64,000 nucleotides of DNA. Source: Dictyostelium discoideum (taxonomy: Eukaryota). Below the pieces are notes generated by a model. The model had not been told where the DNA came from. It ran no database searches and saw only the letters and a program-made list of their open reading frames with translations. How positions within the stretch are numbered: the first letter of the stretch is position 1; each line of letters starts with the position of its first letter. The stretch covers positions 2,240,001 to 2,304,000 of the forward strand of contig CM000152.2 of NCBI GenBank assembly GCA_000004695.1. The letters run 5' to 3'. This document shows, one piece after another, positions 26,764-40,186 of this stretch. Position numbers and translations under genes: made by a program.

Positions 26764-29163
26764 TTCAATTGATAATTGATATTGTTTAATAATTAAATTT
26801 AAATCGAAAATGAATGAGGAACCATTTGAACAACCAATTAAAATCCAAGGTGGTGAAGTTTCATCAAAACAAGATGACCAAGCAATACTTGTACCAAAGA
26901 AATCTTTTTCATCTTTTGCAGGTGTTGAAATGAATTCACAATTTTCATAGTTATTTAATGATTGATCATTTAAATTTAATGATTGATCAAAGATTGGTTT
27001 AATCTTTAAGAATTTGGTTAATTGAGTTTTAGTTTTTGAATTATCATTATTGAATTGTTTTTCAACAAAATCTGGATGAGGAATTGGCCAAATCTTTACA
27101 GTACCATCACCTAATAATGCTGATAAAACACCCAATCTAATTGGTGACTTTGTTTCCTTATCTTCATAATATCCACCATATGGCATCCATTTCAAATCCC
27201 AACAACAATTACCTTCATGTGTAATTGAGTATACTAATTTCGGACAACTTGTATCACTTGGTGTTGCATTAATATGTTCAGCTTTATTAAAATCTGGTTT
27301 TTTTTTTTTTGTTTTATTTTCATCACTTTCATTCTCTTTTTCGTTTTCATTTTTATTATTATTATTATTATTATTATTGCTATTATTATTACCATCTTCA
27401 TCATCTTCACCATCTTCATCGTCATCATCATGATTTGATTTAAAATGAGGTCTAATTGAATATTCATAAATTTGAATTATATTTTTACCTTGATAAACTT
27501 CTCTCTTTTGATGAGTTGATTTTGAATCTTTATGAGCACTAACTGCTAAATATTGTTTAGTGGTTGAACAATTGTTACCAACGATTGGCAATGGACACCA
27601 GTCCAAAGCACTAATATGACCACCACACCAAGTTAATGTATCTTTATTTCTAAATTCGGTTGGATTTTGAATGGATTCAAATTGTGAAAGTGAACGATCG
27701 GCTGTATCGTTTTTATCTGATGAGAATCTAAATTCACATGATTTCTTTTCATGATTCCAATGATACCCATTCGATTCTCTTTTACTGAGGAAAGAGAATG
27801 ATGGTTTTAAAACTTCCTTCAAATGAAGTATTGGTTTATTATCAAAATTTGGTAATTCAGTACCATAGAAAAGACCTTCATTTGGAACTCTATCAAAATT
27901 ATATGCTGGTACATAAACACTTAACGTATTTCTATTTGATGGTTCACCATCACCACCAGCACCTTCAATAATCGATAATTCTCTTGATAAAGATGGTGTT
28001 GATGATGCTCTTTTTGGTGTCGCTCTTTTTGGTGTTGCTACTCCTGCTACTGTTGATGCTGCTTTTTTTGGAGTTGCTGCTTTTTTTGGAGCTGCTGTTT
28101 TTTTTACTGTTGTTGGTTTTCCTTTTTTTGCTAATGATCTTTTATTATTCTTACTTGGTATCTTAAATTCTTGTTCAATTTGTTCTTCTTCACCATCATC
28201 TGATTTATATATTTCTGGTTCTGATTCTGATTCTGATTCATGTTCAGATGCTGTTTGATAATCATCACTTGAATCACCACTGGATGCTGACTGATAACTA
28301 TCGTCATCAGAACTTTCAATAGGTAATTTATTTACTACTTTTTTTGATGATCTTGCTGGTCTCTTTGGTGTCATAGAATTTATTGATTTTCTTGAAGGTA
28401 TTTTATTATTACCTTCATCATCATTATCACCACTACCACCACCACTAACAACATCTCCATCATTGTTTGTATTTTTTGATTCTGTAAATTTCTTTTTTGA
28501 TTCAATAAATTTATTGATAAGATTTTCATTTTTATCATTTTTATATTTAGTACCTAAGAATTCAATTTCTGGATATTCATTATTTTCATCTAAATAATTA
28601 TTATTATTATTACTATCATCATCTTCATTATTATTATTATTATTATTATTGTTATTTTTTATACTACTATCATTGTTTTTATTATTAATATTTTTACTAT
28701 TACTTTTATTTTTATTATTATCTAATGGTATTCTATCTTTACAATCTTCCGGACACTTATGACGTCTTGATCTGTGAAATTGACATGCTTTAGATGATTT
28801 TGGAGTTGATTTTGGAGTTGATTTTGGAGTTGATTTTGATGTTGATTTTGATTTTGAAGTTGATTTTGGTGTTGGTTTTGGTGTGATTACTGTTGGTTTT
28901 GTTGTTTCTGAAGTTGTTGCTGTTATTGTTGCTGTTGTTTCTGTTGTTGTTGTTGTTGTAACTGTTGCTTTTGAAATGCTATCACTACTACAATCGACAA
29001 CTACACTATTGAAATTAATATCTTTCTTTTTTTCTTTTTCTTCTTCATTTATTTTAGTTTCTTTTTGAAAAAATGATGTTATTAATGAATTTTCACCACC
29101 CGATGATTTCTTTGCATCATAAGGTTTTGGTTTTGGTGTTTTATCTTTTTCGACTTTGGGCAT
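25879..29163 (-). CDS. Large (1094 aa) single-exon protein. Basic, proline/lysine-rich AT-hook- or histone-H1-tail-like N-terminal third, WD40-like beta-propeller C-terminal half. Function uncertain (a TFIIIC-subunit-like architecture is a guess).
   Basis: Uninterrupted ORF with Dictyostelium codon usage. The N-terminal third carries the repeats TPKSTPKSTPKSSK and KTAAPKKAATPKKAASTVAGVATPKRATPKRASS. A central acidic D/E run is present. The C-terminal half contains many W/G-H/D dipeptide-containing segments (TWCGGHISALDWCP, CWDLKWMPYGG, DGTVKIWPIPHPD, SDGKLTIYPISND, FASSQGFIRVIETDY). Confidence 0.55.
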
Positions 29164-29234
29164 TTTTAATTATTATTTTTTTTTTTTTATTTTTAAATGA
29201 TTTTGTATAAAGAACGATTAACCAATCAACTCAA

Positions 29235-29265
<31 letters not shown>

Positions 29266-29946
29266 GAGATTACACTATTTTTGAAAAAAAAAATAAAAAA
29301 TAAAAAAAAAATAAAAAAAAATAAAAAATTCAAAAAAAAAATATATTTATAATCGTTTTAACTGTTTTTTTTTTTTTATTTTCATTTGTTTTTACTAAAT
29401 ATAGAACATATGTTTTTAAATTAACATAGTTTTTTATTTTTATTTTTTATTTTTCTTCATTTATTTTAAAAATAATTGTGTAAAATTGTTTTTTTAATTA
29501 ATTTTTTTTTTTTTTTTATTTTCTTGGTTTTTTGAAACTATTATTATAAAAAAAAAAATTGATTTATTAAAAAAAAAATAAAATAAAATAAAATTTAAAA
29601 AAAAAAAAAAAAACAGTGGCAATAAAATAGAATTTTGACGAAATGGTAGATTTACACTATAGTAAGATCATCAGGTGAAAATAATTTTGATTTAAAAAAT
29701 TCGAGCGTTGCACAAAATGCAGTTAGTGTATTCTTTTATTCATTTTCTCAAAATATTCTTTATTTGGAAATAATTATTAATATCTAAAATTCAAAAAAAA
29801 AAAAAAAAAAATTAAAATATTAGTTTTTTAAAAATTAAACAAAATTGATTAAATCTTAAATAAAGATATGGAAGACTTTTAAAAATGAGATTAATTTAAT
29901 TGAAAAAAGAAAATATAAAAAAAAAATATAAATTTAAAGAAATAAC

Positions 29947-29985
<39 letters not shown>

Positions 29986-30085
29986 ATTTAATTTTTTACC
30001 AACAAACACCCTATACATATCGGTTTTTAATGATAATCTTTCAAAATTCTCACATTTAAATCTAAATTCAATAAGATTAAATTCT

Positions 30086-30128
<43 letters not shown>

Positions 30129-30167
30129 AATTTTGGTAATAATCATTTCTTGATTTAAAAATTTTAG

Positions 30168-30198
<31 letters not shown>

Positions 30199-31016
30199 AA
30201 GATTAAAAAAAAAAAAAAAAAATCAATATTTTTAATCAAAAAAAGTAAAAATTTATTTTTGGTTTTTTTTTTATTTTTATTTTTAAAAAAAATTGATTTT
30301 TTTTTAATTTATAAATCTCAAAAAAAAAGATTTAATATCTTTTTTTTTTTTTTGAAAAATTCAATTGTTTTTGTGTTAAAAATAAAAATTCACACCCAAT
30401 AAAAATGTTATTGATAGATTTGAGGGGTAATTATAAAAAAAAATTCCAAATTTAACAAAAATATAAAATAACCACATTAACGAAAATTATTTTTGGTGTG
30501 AAAAAAGTAGTAACTTCAAAATCTCGAAACCAGATTGTGTAAGGTTGACTTTGAGACCAAAAAAAAAAATTGTGGGTTAATTTGTGATATTTCCTAAAGA
30601 AAAAAGGTTATTATTGGATGTGAATAAATAATAAACTAATTTAATACCCAATCATGTTTTTAGTCTATTATTTCTATCAAGGGATATTTCCTTTTTTAAT
30701 GAAAATCATGATTAAAAACCACAACTTTTTTACATTTTTAACAACAAGTTCATTGAATAAATTAATTTTTTTTTTTTTTTGGGGTTTTTTTTTTTTTTTT
30801 TTAGTTTAAATTTAAATCCAATTCATTTTTTTCAAGATTCTAAAAATAACAAACTCATAAATTAATTTATTTAAATAATAATAATAATAAAAAAAAAAAA
30901 ATATAAAAAAAAAAAAAAAAAACTATATATACATATATTTATTAAAAAAATAAAAAAAAAAAATAAACAAAAAAACAAAACATTTATTATTCAAATAATT
31001 ATATATAAATTAAAAC

Positions 31017-31355
31017 ATGGATAAATACCAACCAATATTACCAAATAATCTTAAAATACTTTCAAAACCTATAAATGGTACTAATACCAATATTTCTAAT
31101 AATAATAATAATAATAATAATACCAATATTGGTATTAAAAACAATAATTCTAATAATAATAATATTTCAATAAATTGTGATAACACACAATTCCAAACTA
31201 TATTAAGAGAATTAAAAAAAAGAGAATTCCAAAATAAAACTAGAAAACCAATTAATAAAAAATTAAATTCAAGTAATAGCAATAACAATAACTATAATTT
31301 GAAAATTGAAGATAATTTTATAAATAATAATAATAATAATAATAAAAATAATAAA

Positions 31356-31388
<33 letters not shown>

Positions 31389-31847
31389 TCAACAGAATAT
31401 TTCGTTCCAATAAGTCATAATAGTTCATCAACTATATTTTATAAACATTTAAATGTTTATTTTGATAATAATACTACTACTGATAATCAATATTATAATA
31501 AAAACAATAATTATTTAAAAAATATATATTCCAACAATAATAATAATAATAATTTTAATAATTTTGAAAATCAAACATCAACACAAATTAAAGTTCAAAA
31601 AACTCCATCAACATTTTATTGTAATTTATTAAAAAATAAATCATTACCACCATTACCAAAATCAAAAAGAATTTATAAATTAAATGATGACTGTGTTGTT
31701 CCATCCATATATACCGAAATTGGAGAATTCTATTTAAATAAACCAAAGAAAACTTCTTCAATAAGTCTACCAAGTATAAATCAAATTCAAACTTACTCTT
31801 GGTCTTCTCTTGAACTTCCACCAATTGACGTGGATGCTGAAAATTAA
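31017..31847 (+). CDS. Hypothetical Asn-rich protein (276 aa), single exon.
   Basis: ORF with an ATG in an A-rich context. The composition is dominated by AAT codons, with non-repetitive ends (MDKYQPILPNNLKILSKPINGT... ...TYSWSSLELPPIDVDAEN*). Divergent orientation relative to the upstream gene. No domain recognised, so coding status is moderate. Confidence 0.4.
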
Positions 31848-32080
31848 ACTTTGATATAGAAGCTTTAATTAAAATATAAAAAATAATTTTTTTGGAAACC
31901 ATGTACATAGTTCTATCTTTTTTTTTTTTTAAAAAAAAAAAATAACATATAAAAAACATATAAAAAACATATAAAAAAAACATATAAAAAATAAATAAAT
32001 AAATAAAAAAAAAAAAAAAAAAATATATAATATAATAAAATATAAATAATACAATTTATAATAAAAAATTAAATAATTTA

Positions 32081-33528
32081 TTATTGATCCTTTTGTTGTT
32101 GTTGTTGTTGGTGTTGATTATAATTATTAATAATTTGTTGATTTTTCATATTTGGTAATGGTAAACCAGTTTGTCTTCTTGGTTCTAATAATAAAGATTT
32201 ATCAAACATTTCATCATCATTTAAGATTGGTCTTGATAAGATTTTATCACGTAATGCAACATTTGAAGGCATTGGATAAGGATTTGAACGATATAATCTT
32301 AAATTCTTTATAATTAAATGAATTGATCTTAATTTTTCAAAATTAATTAATTGTGTTGATTTATATTCTTCATCATCATCATCATCATCATTATTATTAT
32401 TATTATCATTATTATCTAAATTATTTGATTTATTATTTGATTTATCATTATTATTATTATTTATAATTAAAGTTGGATTTGAATCTTCAATAACTAATAA
32501 ATCTTTTGTATATAAACCTAAATATGGAATTAAAGGTGGTGAAGATGAATTTAAAACTTCTCTATAATTTTTATGATTTGATTCAGTTGAGAAAATCTTT
32601 TGTAATTCTTCAAATTGATTCATTGATTTCTTTGAAATTTTATCCCAAGTTAAATATAATCTTTTAATTGCATAATGATAAATTCCTTGAGTGATAGCAT
32701 AACAACAATGGAAATTTTTTAAATTTAAAAGTATGAAAGCAATCTCTATGAATTTTTCAATTACAAGTGCACGTGATGCTGGTGTTGTACAATTTAAAAT
32801 CTCTGAACCAACCCAAGAACTCCATCTATTGAATAGTTGTACCATAGATTGAAAGTTTGGTGAAAGATCAGGTCTAACGAATTTCTTTTTCAATAATTCA
32901 AAAATTGGTATCATTCTAAATGCTTTCTCATCAATTAATGTAATTTGAATAGCTGCTTGTGTACTATCAATATCACAAAAATTAAATTTCTTTGATGTAG
33001 AATTCTCACCACCACCACCATTCAATGATAATGATGATGTTGTTCTTGATCCACCAAGTATAAAATTATGTAATTGACGTTGCATTAATAATGAATCTGA
33101 ACTAATTCCCATTGGATTTTGTGATAATGATGGTGATAATGTTTGTGGTACTGAATTATTATTATTATTACTATTAATATTATTATTACTATTATTATTT
33201 GTTGTTGTTGTTAATATTGATACTGATGTTGTTGGTGTATTGTTTACAGAAGATAATGGTGAAGAATTTGAAATTAAAGGTGATGAAGAAGATGAAGGGA
33301 ATGGAGGTGGTAAACCACTTGATAATGTTGGAGTTGATGGTGAAGATAAAGCAGTTGGTGTACCAGTTCCACTAAATCCACCAATATTATCATAATAATA
33401 TTGATTATAAGTTTGTGATACTCTTTTACAAAAATCACTAAAAAATTGAAAATATTTAAATTCTTCATTTGGTAATGGTTGAAAATAATTTCTACCATTA
33501 TTATTATTGTTATTGCTATTATTATTAC

Positions 33529-33559
<31 letters not shown>

Positions 33560-33991
33560 TTGAATTGGTTGTTCAAAATATTTTTCAGTAAAATCTTGAA
33601 TTAATTCAACTGATGAATTACATTCTTCAATTTGATTCCAAAACATTGGTTTAAATTCAATTAATGATCTAATTAAAAATAAACATCTCTCTCTAATTTT
33701 CATTCTAAACTCTAATTGAATATTATATAAATTTTCATAATGTTTCTCTTGACTATATATTGATATCAATGACTGAATGTATGATTCAGTAGATAAGAAA
33801 TAATCATTATGACATAAATTTACAATTTCAATAAATGTATCATCCTTATAATAATAATCCATCAATTTCAATAAAATTTGATTAACTGTAACATTCTTTA
33901 CAACTTGATTACCTTTTTTAATTATATAATTTGATTGATCTTTTTCGTTAATCTAAATTAAAAATAATTTATTATATTTTAATATTAATAT

Positions 33992-34022
<31 letters not shown>

Positions 34023-36340
34023 AAAACCTACATCAAATATTTTCTTTAAATTTTTAATTATAAAAAATGTAATTAAAATTGCATTATCATATTGTTGAAT
34101 ACTAGCATCATTATTAATTTTAAATAATATTGGACCAAAAATATTTGAAATTTTATGTTGAATAATTTCTAATTTCTCTTGGTCTTCATAACTTAGAGAT
34201 TCAATTAAATTAATATCAAAACTATTATTATGATTTTCATTTTCATTTTTATCCATTGTATCAATATTATTATTATTATTACTATTATTATTACTATTAT
34301 TATTACTATTATTACTATTATTACTATTATTATTACTATTATTATTATTTTCAATACCAATTTCAATTTGAATTAATTTACAAAGATGTGATAATAATGA
34401 TTTTAAAACTGTCCAATGAATTTGTGGTTGTGAGAATATTATTGAACGTACAAATGATAATTTATATCTTTCATCATTTTCATCGATAATCTTATTAATA
34501 GTTTCAGAAAGTAATACATCTGGTAAAATTGAATTTGGTAATACTTTAAAGAAATGAATTAATAATTCACCCAATACTTGTGGTTCTACCATTTCATTCA
34601 AATTTTTATATGCATCCTCTTTTCCTCTAGTAACTAATTTAATTAATGATTCAATTGTTATTCTATTTCTTGGTGATGATGGTTCAATAATTGTTGTTGT
34701 CATAACAATTGGTTGTGGTTGTGATTGTGGTGGTAGTGGTAGTGGTAGTGGTAGTGGTAGTGGTGGTGGTGGTTGTATATTTCCACTATTTCTTATATTT
34801 GATGTTTGATTGTTATTATCTGTACCAATATTTAAATCTGGTATAGTTATACTATTTCTTATATTTGATGTTTGAATATTATTAATATTATTAATATTAT
34901 TATTATTATTTACATTATTATTACAATTATTTGTATTTGTATTATTGTTACTATTTGATTCGCTGCCGCTGCTGCAAATTTTACTATTATTTGTTGAGGT
35001 AGAAGTTGAATTATTTATATTATAAATAATTTCAATTGATTCTTTAGTTGATTCTAAATGAGTTATTAGATGATGTAAGAAAACAGGATAAGGTGAATCA
35101 CCTAATAATCGCATTGATTCTAAGGGTATACCAAATACATCCTCTTTGAAACAATATTGTTGTACATCACCCCTTGCATTTCTAGTTGTTAACATTTTAC
35201 TTAATGTTGATGCTGCTGCTTCTTTATTTGTATCAACTGTTGATTTTTTACTTGTTTTAAATAATGGTTTAAAAACCAATGCTGTTGTATTTGATCTTTC
35301 TCTAGGTGAGACTGGTACTTCAATATTATCATTATTATTATTACCATTATTATTATTTGTATCAAATCCAATTGTTACATTATTAGCACCATTTTCACTT
35401 GTAAAACGTGGTGATGAAATTGGTGTTGATTGATTTGATGATTCTTTTGAACTAAATAAAGATATTAAAATATTTTGACCAAATGCAATTGATTTATGAG
35501 TTTCTCTACTTGGTTTTCTTGATGCAACACCATTATTATTATTATTGTTATTATTATTTGATTGTTGATTAATTGAAAATTGATTGGTTGAATAGGATCT
35601 TGGTGGTGAATTAGAATAAGGTGAATTTGAAGTTGTAGTTGGGGTTGATGCTGGTGTACTCCCATTACCACTATTAGTAGTAGTAGTTTGAGAGTTTGTT
35701 GCTGTTGTATTATTATTATTATTATCACTATTAATAGAATCTTGATCTTCCTCTGCAGCCAATACAATCTTTGAATCTTTATCTTTTAAAGGTGATAAAA
35801 GATAATTTAAATTATTTGTTTTATTCTTTCTTAATGTTTTACCACCACCACCACCACTGCCACCACTTCCACTACCACCAAATGATGGTAATGAACCACT
35901 TCTACTTCTAGTCTCTGGTTTCAATCTAGATTCTTGATGAACAATATTCAAATTCTTACTTGGTGATGTTGATAATTGTAATGGTGGTATCTTTGGTGGT
36001 GATGATGAAATTTTATCGTCTTCTATTCCGTTGTTATTGTTTTTGTTATTATTATTCTTTGGAATTGGTAATGATGGTGAAGTATTTGTAGTTGTTGTAT
36101 TTTTTGTAGTATTAATAATTGGTGGTGGAGTTGTAACTTCAGTTGTTGTTGGTGTCGATACTATACTTGGAGTTGAAGGAGCAGTATAAGAACCACTATT
36201 ATTATAATTATTATTTATAATGATTGGATGATTTGATTCTTTTAATATTGATTTCGAAGGTGATTGAACAGAAACACTAAAGAAACGATTTCTCTTTTTC
36301 TCAAAGCTACTTGGTTCACCATTAAATGTTAATTTCTTAC

Positions 36341-36387
<47 letters not shown>

Positions 36388-36899
36388 GTATTACTAGTTG
36401 AAACTGATGTTAATCTTGGACTTTGAACTGATAGTTTATGTTGATAAATTAATGCTTGATATGCAGATTCAACATCTTCAAACATTCCAAAAACATATTT
36501 CTTATAAGATGTTGTAATCTCTATAGAATGCCCTAAAATAACTGATGATACTCTTTTAATTGATAATACATTTTTAAAATCTGAATATTTCTTTTGTGAG
36601 AAAAAAAATAAAAAATAAATTATTAATAAATATACGTTAATATAATATATTATTATATAATATTATTATTATATATTAACAACTTACTTTAATTTCCTTA
36701 TTAAAAATTAAACTATAAAAACAAAAATAATTATTTGTAATGAATAATTTACCAGCTTTTGAAACCTTTCTTCTATATGCACAAACATATGGTTGTTCTG
36801 ATACTAATCTCTCAAATTCTGGTAACTCGAATATTTCTAAAATATTAATTGAAAATTTATTTTTAAATGGTACAATAGTATCCTCTGTTGTTTCTTCTA

Positions 36900-36945
<46 letters not shown>

Positions 36946-37554
36946 GTTATTATTATTATTGTTGTTGTTGTTGTTATTATTATTATTATAATTATTATTA
37001 TCTTTAAATATATATTTAACTTTACTTAATAAGGTTTGTCTTCTTCCATTATTGTTAATATTTCCTAATGGTGGTTTTAAAGGTGATGAAGAAGGTGAAC
37101 CAATTGGTGATGATGATTTTCTTACAAAATCTGAATGTGCTTTTTCATTAAGATCATATGAGTATGATGTTGAATTTGGTATTCCATTATTATTACTACT
37201 ACTACTACTACCATTACTAATTGATTGTGATCTAGTTTGTTGCATCGACTCATCGAAATAAAATGTTGCAGGTGGTAACTGTACTTTTAATGGTGCTGCT
37301 GGTGTCATGGTGCTGCTATTTCTTGATGTAGTAGCGTATTTCCATGTTTTATCATTATCATTATTATTTTTATTTTTATTTTTAATTATTTTACCATTAT
37401 TACTTTCTTTTTGAGTCGAAGATGAAGATTCTAAATCAACATCTTCAAAAAATTCTTCCTCTTGATTTTTATTAATACCATTACTACTACTACTAAATGA
37501 TATTGATGTGGATGCGGATTTTTTTAAATTTCCACCATTGTCACCTGAACTCAT
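32081..37554 (-). CDS. Multidomain signalling protein of about 1780 aa: N-terminal GRAM domain, RhoGAP domain, then RasGEF N-terminal (REM) domain and RasGEF/CDC25 catalytic domain. 3 exons (about 36680-37554; about 33975-36605; 32081-about 33955).
   Basis: Exon1 ends ...[46 protein letters not shown] with a GTAAGT donor. It continues in frame as [50 protein letters not shown], completing the GRAM domain. RhoGAP: ...[38 protein letters not shown]...[36 protein letters not shown]...[30 protein letters not shown] donor after ...KKIFDV, an intron of about 80 nt, then the acceptor ..aatttag. The last exon then gives [48 protein letters not shown]... (REM). CDC25 domain: ...[52 protein letters not shown]...[40 protein letters not shown]. 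Confidence 0.75.
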
Positions 37555-37570
37555 TTTTTATTTTTTTTAT

Positions 37571-37610
<40 letters not shown>

Positions 37611-38446
37611 TTTGTTTATTCTTTTACTTTTTTTTATTTATTTATTTATTTATTTGTTTTTCTTAATGTGTTGTGTCAATCAATTTTTTTTTTTTTTTTT
37701 TATTAATTAATATTTTTTTTTTTTTTTTTTAAATTTTTATTTTAAAAAAAATTTTTTTGGAAAATAATAATAAAAATAAAAATTAAAAAAATAAAAAAAG
37801 TTAAAAGATAATAATATTCATATGTGTGGGTTGAGTGTTTCAGGGTGTGTGTATATATGTTGGGTTGATTATTGGAATTCTATTAATTTTTTTAAAAAAA
37901 TAAAAAAAAAAAATTTCTTTTTGTTGCTATCAATATCAAAAAATGAAATTTTTATTTTTTTTTTTTTTTTATTTTATTTTTTTTTTTTTTTTTTATTTTT
38001 TTTTTTTTTATTTTATTTTTTTATTTTAAAATATCTGAATCCTGCAAAAATAATCTGATTTTTATATTTTTTGATTATATTTTTTAATATGTGTTGTCCC
38101 AAGGTTAACCAAATAAAAAGATTTAAAAATAATTTGGTTAATAATAAAAATTAATTGGTAATAAAAAAAAATATAAAATAAAAAAAAACCCAATTTAATA
38201 ATTTATTAATTTTATAAAAAAAAAATTATAAGAAGAGTGGTCGCATTTAAAAAAAAATATAAAATAAAATTAAAATTTTTTAAAATTAATTATTTTTTGA
38301 TTGTTTTTTTTGATTGTTTTTTTGATTGTTTTTTTGATTGTTTTTTTTTTTTTTTTATAAAATTAAAACATCATCAACCACCCAAAGAAATTATTAGAGT
38401 GGAAAGATGGAATTAAAAATAAAAAAGAAAATAAAAAAGAAAATAA

Positions 38447-38509
<63 letters not shown>

Positions 38510-38572
38510 AATTTAATCTTTTTTAAATAAATAAAAAAATAATAATTTGAATAAATTTATTTATTATTTTTA

Positions 38573-40186
38573 TTATAAACCAATTGGTTTATATTGTCTA
38601 TCTCTTTTAACTTTTCTAACAACTAAAACTGCAACTATAACAATTAAGAAAAATCCACCAATGACACCAAATGAAATTCCAACTTTTTGACCAGTTGTTA
38701 ATCCGTTTGTATTATCACTAGAGATTTCGAAATCATCTTTTTCACATTGTAATTTTTTAGATTGATTAATAACAGTACAAAAATATGAAACTGATGGTAA
38801 GCAATCTATACCAAAAGAATTTACAGTATTGGTTTCATTAATTTTAAAAGTAGTACTTGAAAGGTTAATTTTAGAGTTTGTACAATAAACTGAAGGACCA
38901 TGATCATCTTGTTTAGCATAGTTTCCAATGAAGCTAGTACTGTTAATAGTTATACTACTTGAGTAGATATCAATTGCACCACCACTAACTGCTGCGGTAT
39001 TATTAATGAATTGAGATCCAATGATTGTAGTTGGAGTATCGAGAAAAGCATAATTTGAAGAATTTATATTGATAGCACCACCATTTTGGGCAAAGTTATT
39101 GGTGAATATAGAGTTTTTAACTAAACATTCAGTGGCAGTGAGTGAAATAGCACCACCAGAAGAACCTGGTGATTTTTGGTTGTTATTATTTGCAAATAAG
39201 CAACTATCAACTGTAATTAAACCAGAATTTAAACCAAAGATTGGAGCAGTATTTAAATTGTTTACAAAATTACAATTTAAGAAATAAGTCTTTGTAAAAT
39301 AATTTGTGAAAGCAAAACCAATACCACCTAAAGCATTTGTGAAATTTACATTTGTAAATTTGAATTGTGGTGTAGTGAGGAACTCAGATGCTAAAAAGAA
39401 GGCTGCATTAGAAGCAATTGAATCCAATTTTGAATTTGTCATTGTCAATAGACCATTTCTCATATAAATAATACCACCAGATGCTGAGTTTCTAATATTG
39501 CTAAATGAACATTGATCAATTGTAATTACAACATTTAAATCAAAAGCATAAAGTACACCACCGGAAATTTTTGAAGATGTTGAATTATTAAATGTGGTCT
39601 TACTGATATTAATTACACTGTTGGCTGGTGGGTAATCAGATTCGCCATCGGTTGAATCAATTGCAATTGAACCACCACCAATTGTTGCATTATTATTATT
39701 GAATACACAATTATTGATTTCCAATTGTATATTTGATGTACCATTATTGAAAAGTACTGGTCCATATGGTTTATTACCATTTTGAAATGTAATACCAGTG
39801 AATGAAACTATACTTGTGTCATAGATTGATGATGGTTCAATTCTAATAAATGAATCAGTAGCATTTGAAAGATCAATAATTACATCATTGGTTTCTTTAT
39901 TATTATTTACAAGAGTTATAGATTGGTTGGTCACTTTTCCAAATGTTGCTTGATTAATCAAATATGTACCTGGTTCAATATTCATTGTTATGCTTTCAAA
40001 TTGTCCACCACATGATAAAATTGATTGACTAATACTTTGACATGGTGTGGCTGCTGCAGTACCACAATTTTCTGTCAATCCAGATTTTGAGTCTGTATAA
40101 CTAATACATTGTTCTCCTCCCAATACTATATTATCACCAAATATATAAACATATAAAAATAATAATGCAATAATTAATTTATACAT
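38573..40186 (-). CDS. Secreted, membrane-anchored right-handed beta-helix (pectin-lyase-fold-like) repeat protein of 537 aa. Signal peptide, and a single C-terminal transmembrane helix followed by a short basic tail.
   Basis: N-terminal MYKLIIALLFLYVYIFG. Repeated parallel-beta-helix motifs are present: NNNATIGGGSIAIDS, SGGIIYMRNG, GGAISLTATEC, NGGAININSSN, SGGAIDIYSS. The C-terminus reads GISFGVIGGFFLIVIVAVLVVRKVKRDRQYKPIGL*. Single exon. Confidence 0.7.
   Translation of the reverse strand: MYKLIIALLFLYVYIFGDNIVLGGEQCISYTDSKSGLTENCGTAAATPCQSISQSILSCGGQFESITMNIEPGTYLINQATFGKVTNQSITLVNNNKETNDVIIDLSNATDSFIRIEPSSIYDTSIVSFTGITFQNGNKPYGPVLFNNGTSNIQLEINNCVFNNNNATIGGGSIAIDSTDGESDYPPANSVINISKTTFNNSTSSKISGGVLYAFDLNVVITIDQCSFSNIRNSASGGIIYMRNGLLTMTNSKLDSIASNAAFFLASEFLTTPQFKFTNVNFTNALGGIGFAFTNYFTKTYFLNCNFVNNLNTAPIFGLNSGLITVDSCLFANNNNQKSPGSSGGAISLTATECLVKNSIFTNNFAQNGGAININSSNYAFLDTPTTIIGSQFINNTAAVSGGAIDIYSSSITINSTSFIGNYAKQDDHGPSVYCTNSKINLSSTTFKINETNTVNSFGIDCLPSVSYFCTVINQSKKLQCEKDDFEISSDNTNGLTTGQKVGISFGVIGGFFLIVIVAVLVVRKVKRDRQYKPIGL

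Noticed and set aside
33274-35767. 100-aa I/H-rich minus ORFs (33274-33576, 35465-35767) and plus ORFs 34256-34489 (poly-Y), 35146-35433.
   Set aside because: Alternate-frame or antisense readings of (AAT)n/(ATT)n-rich coding low-complexity regions of the GRAM-RhoGAP-RasGEF gene.
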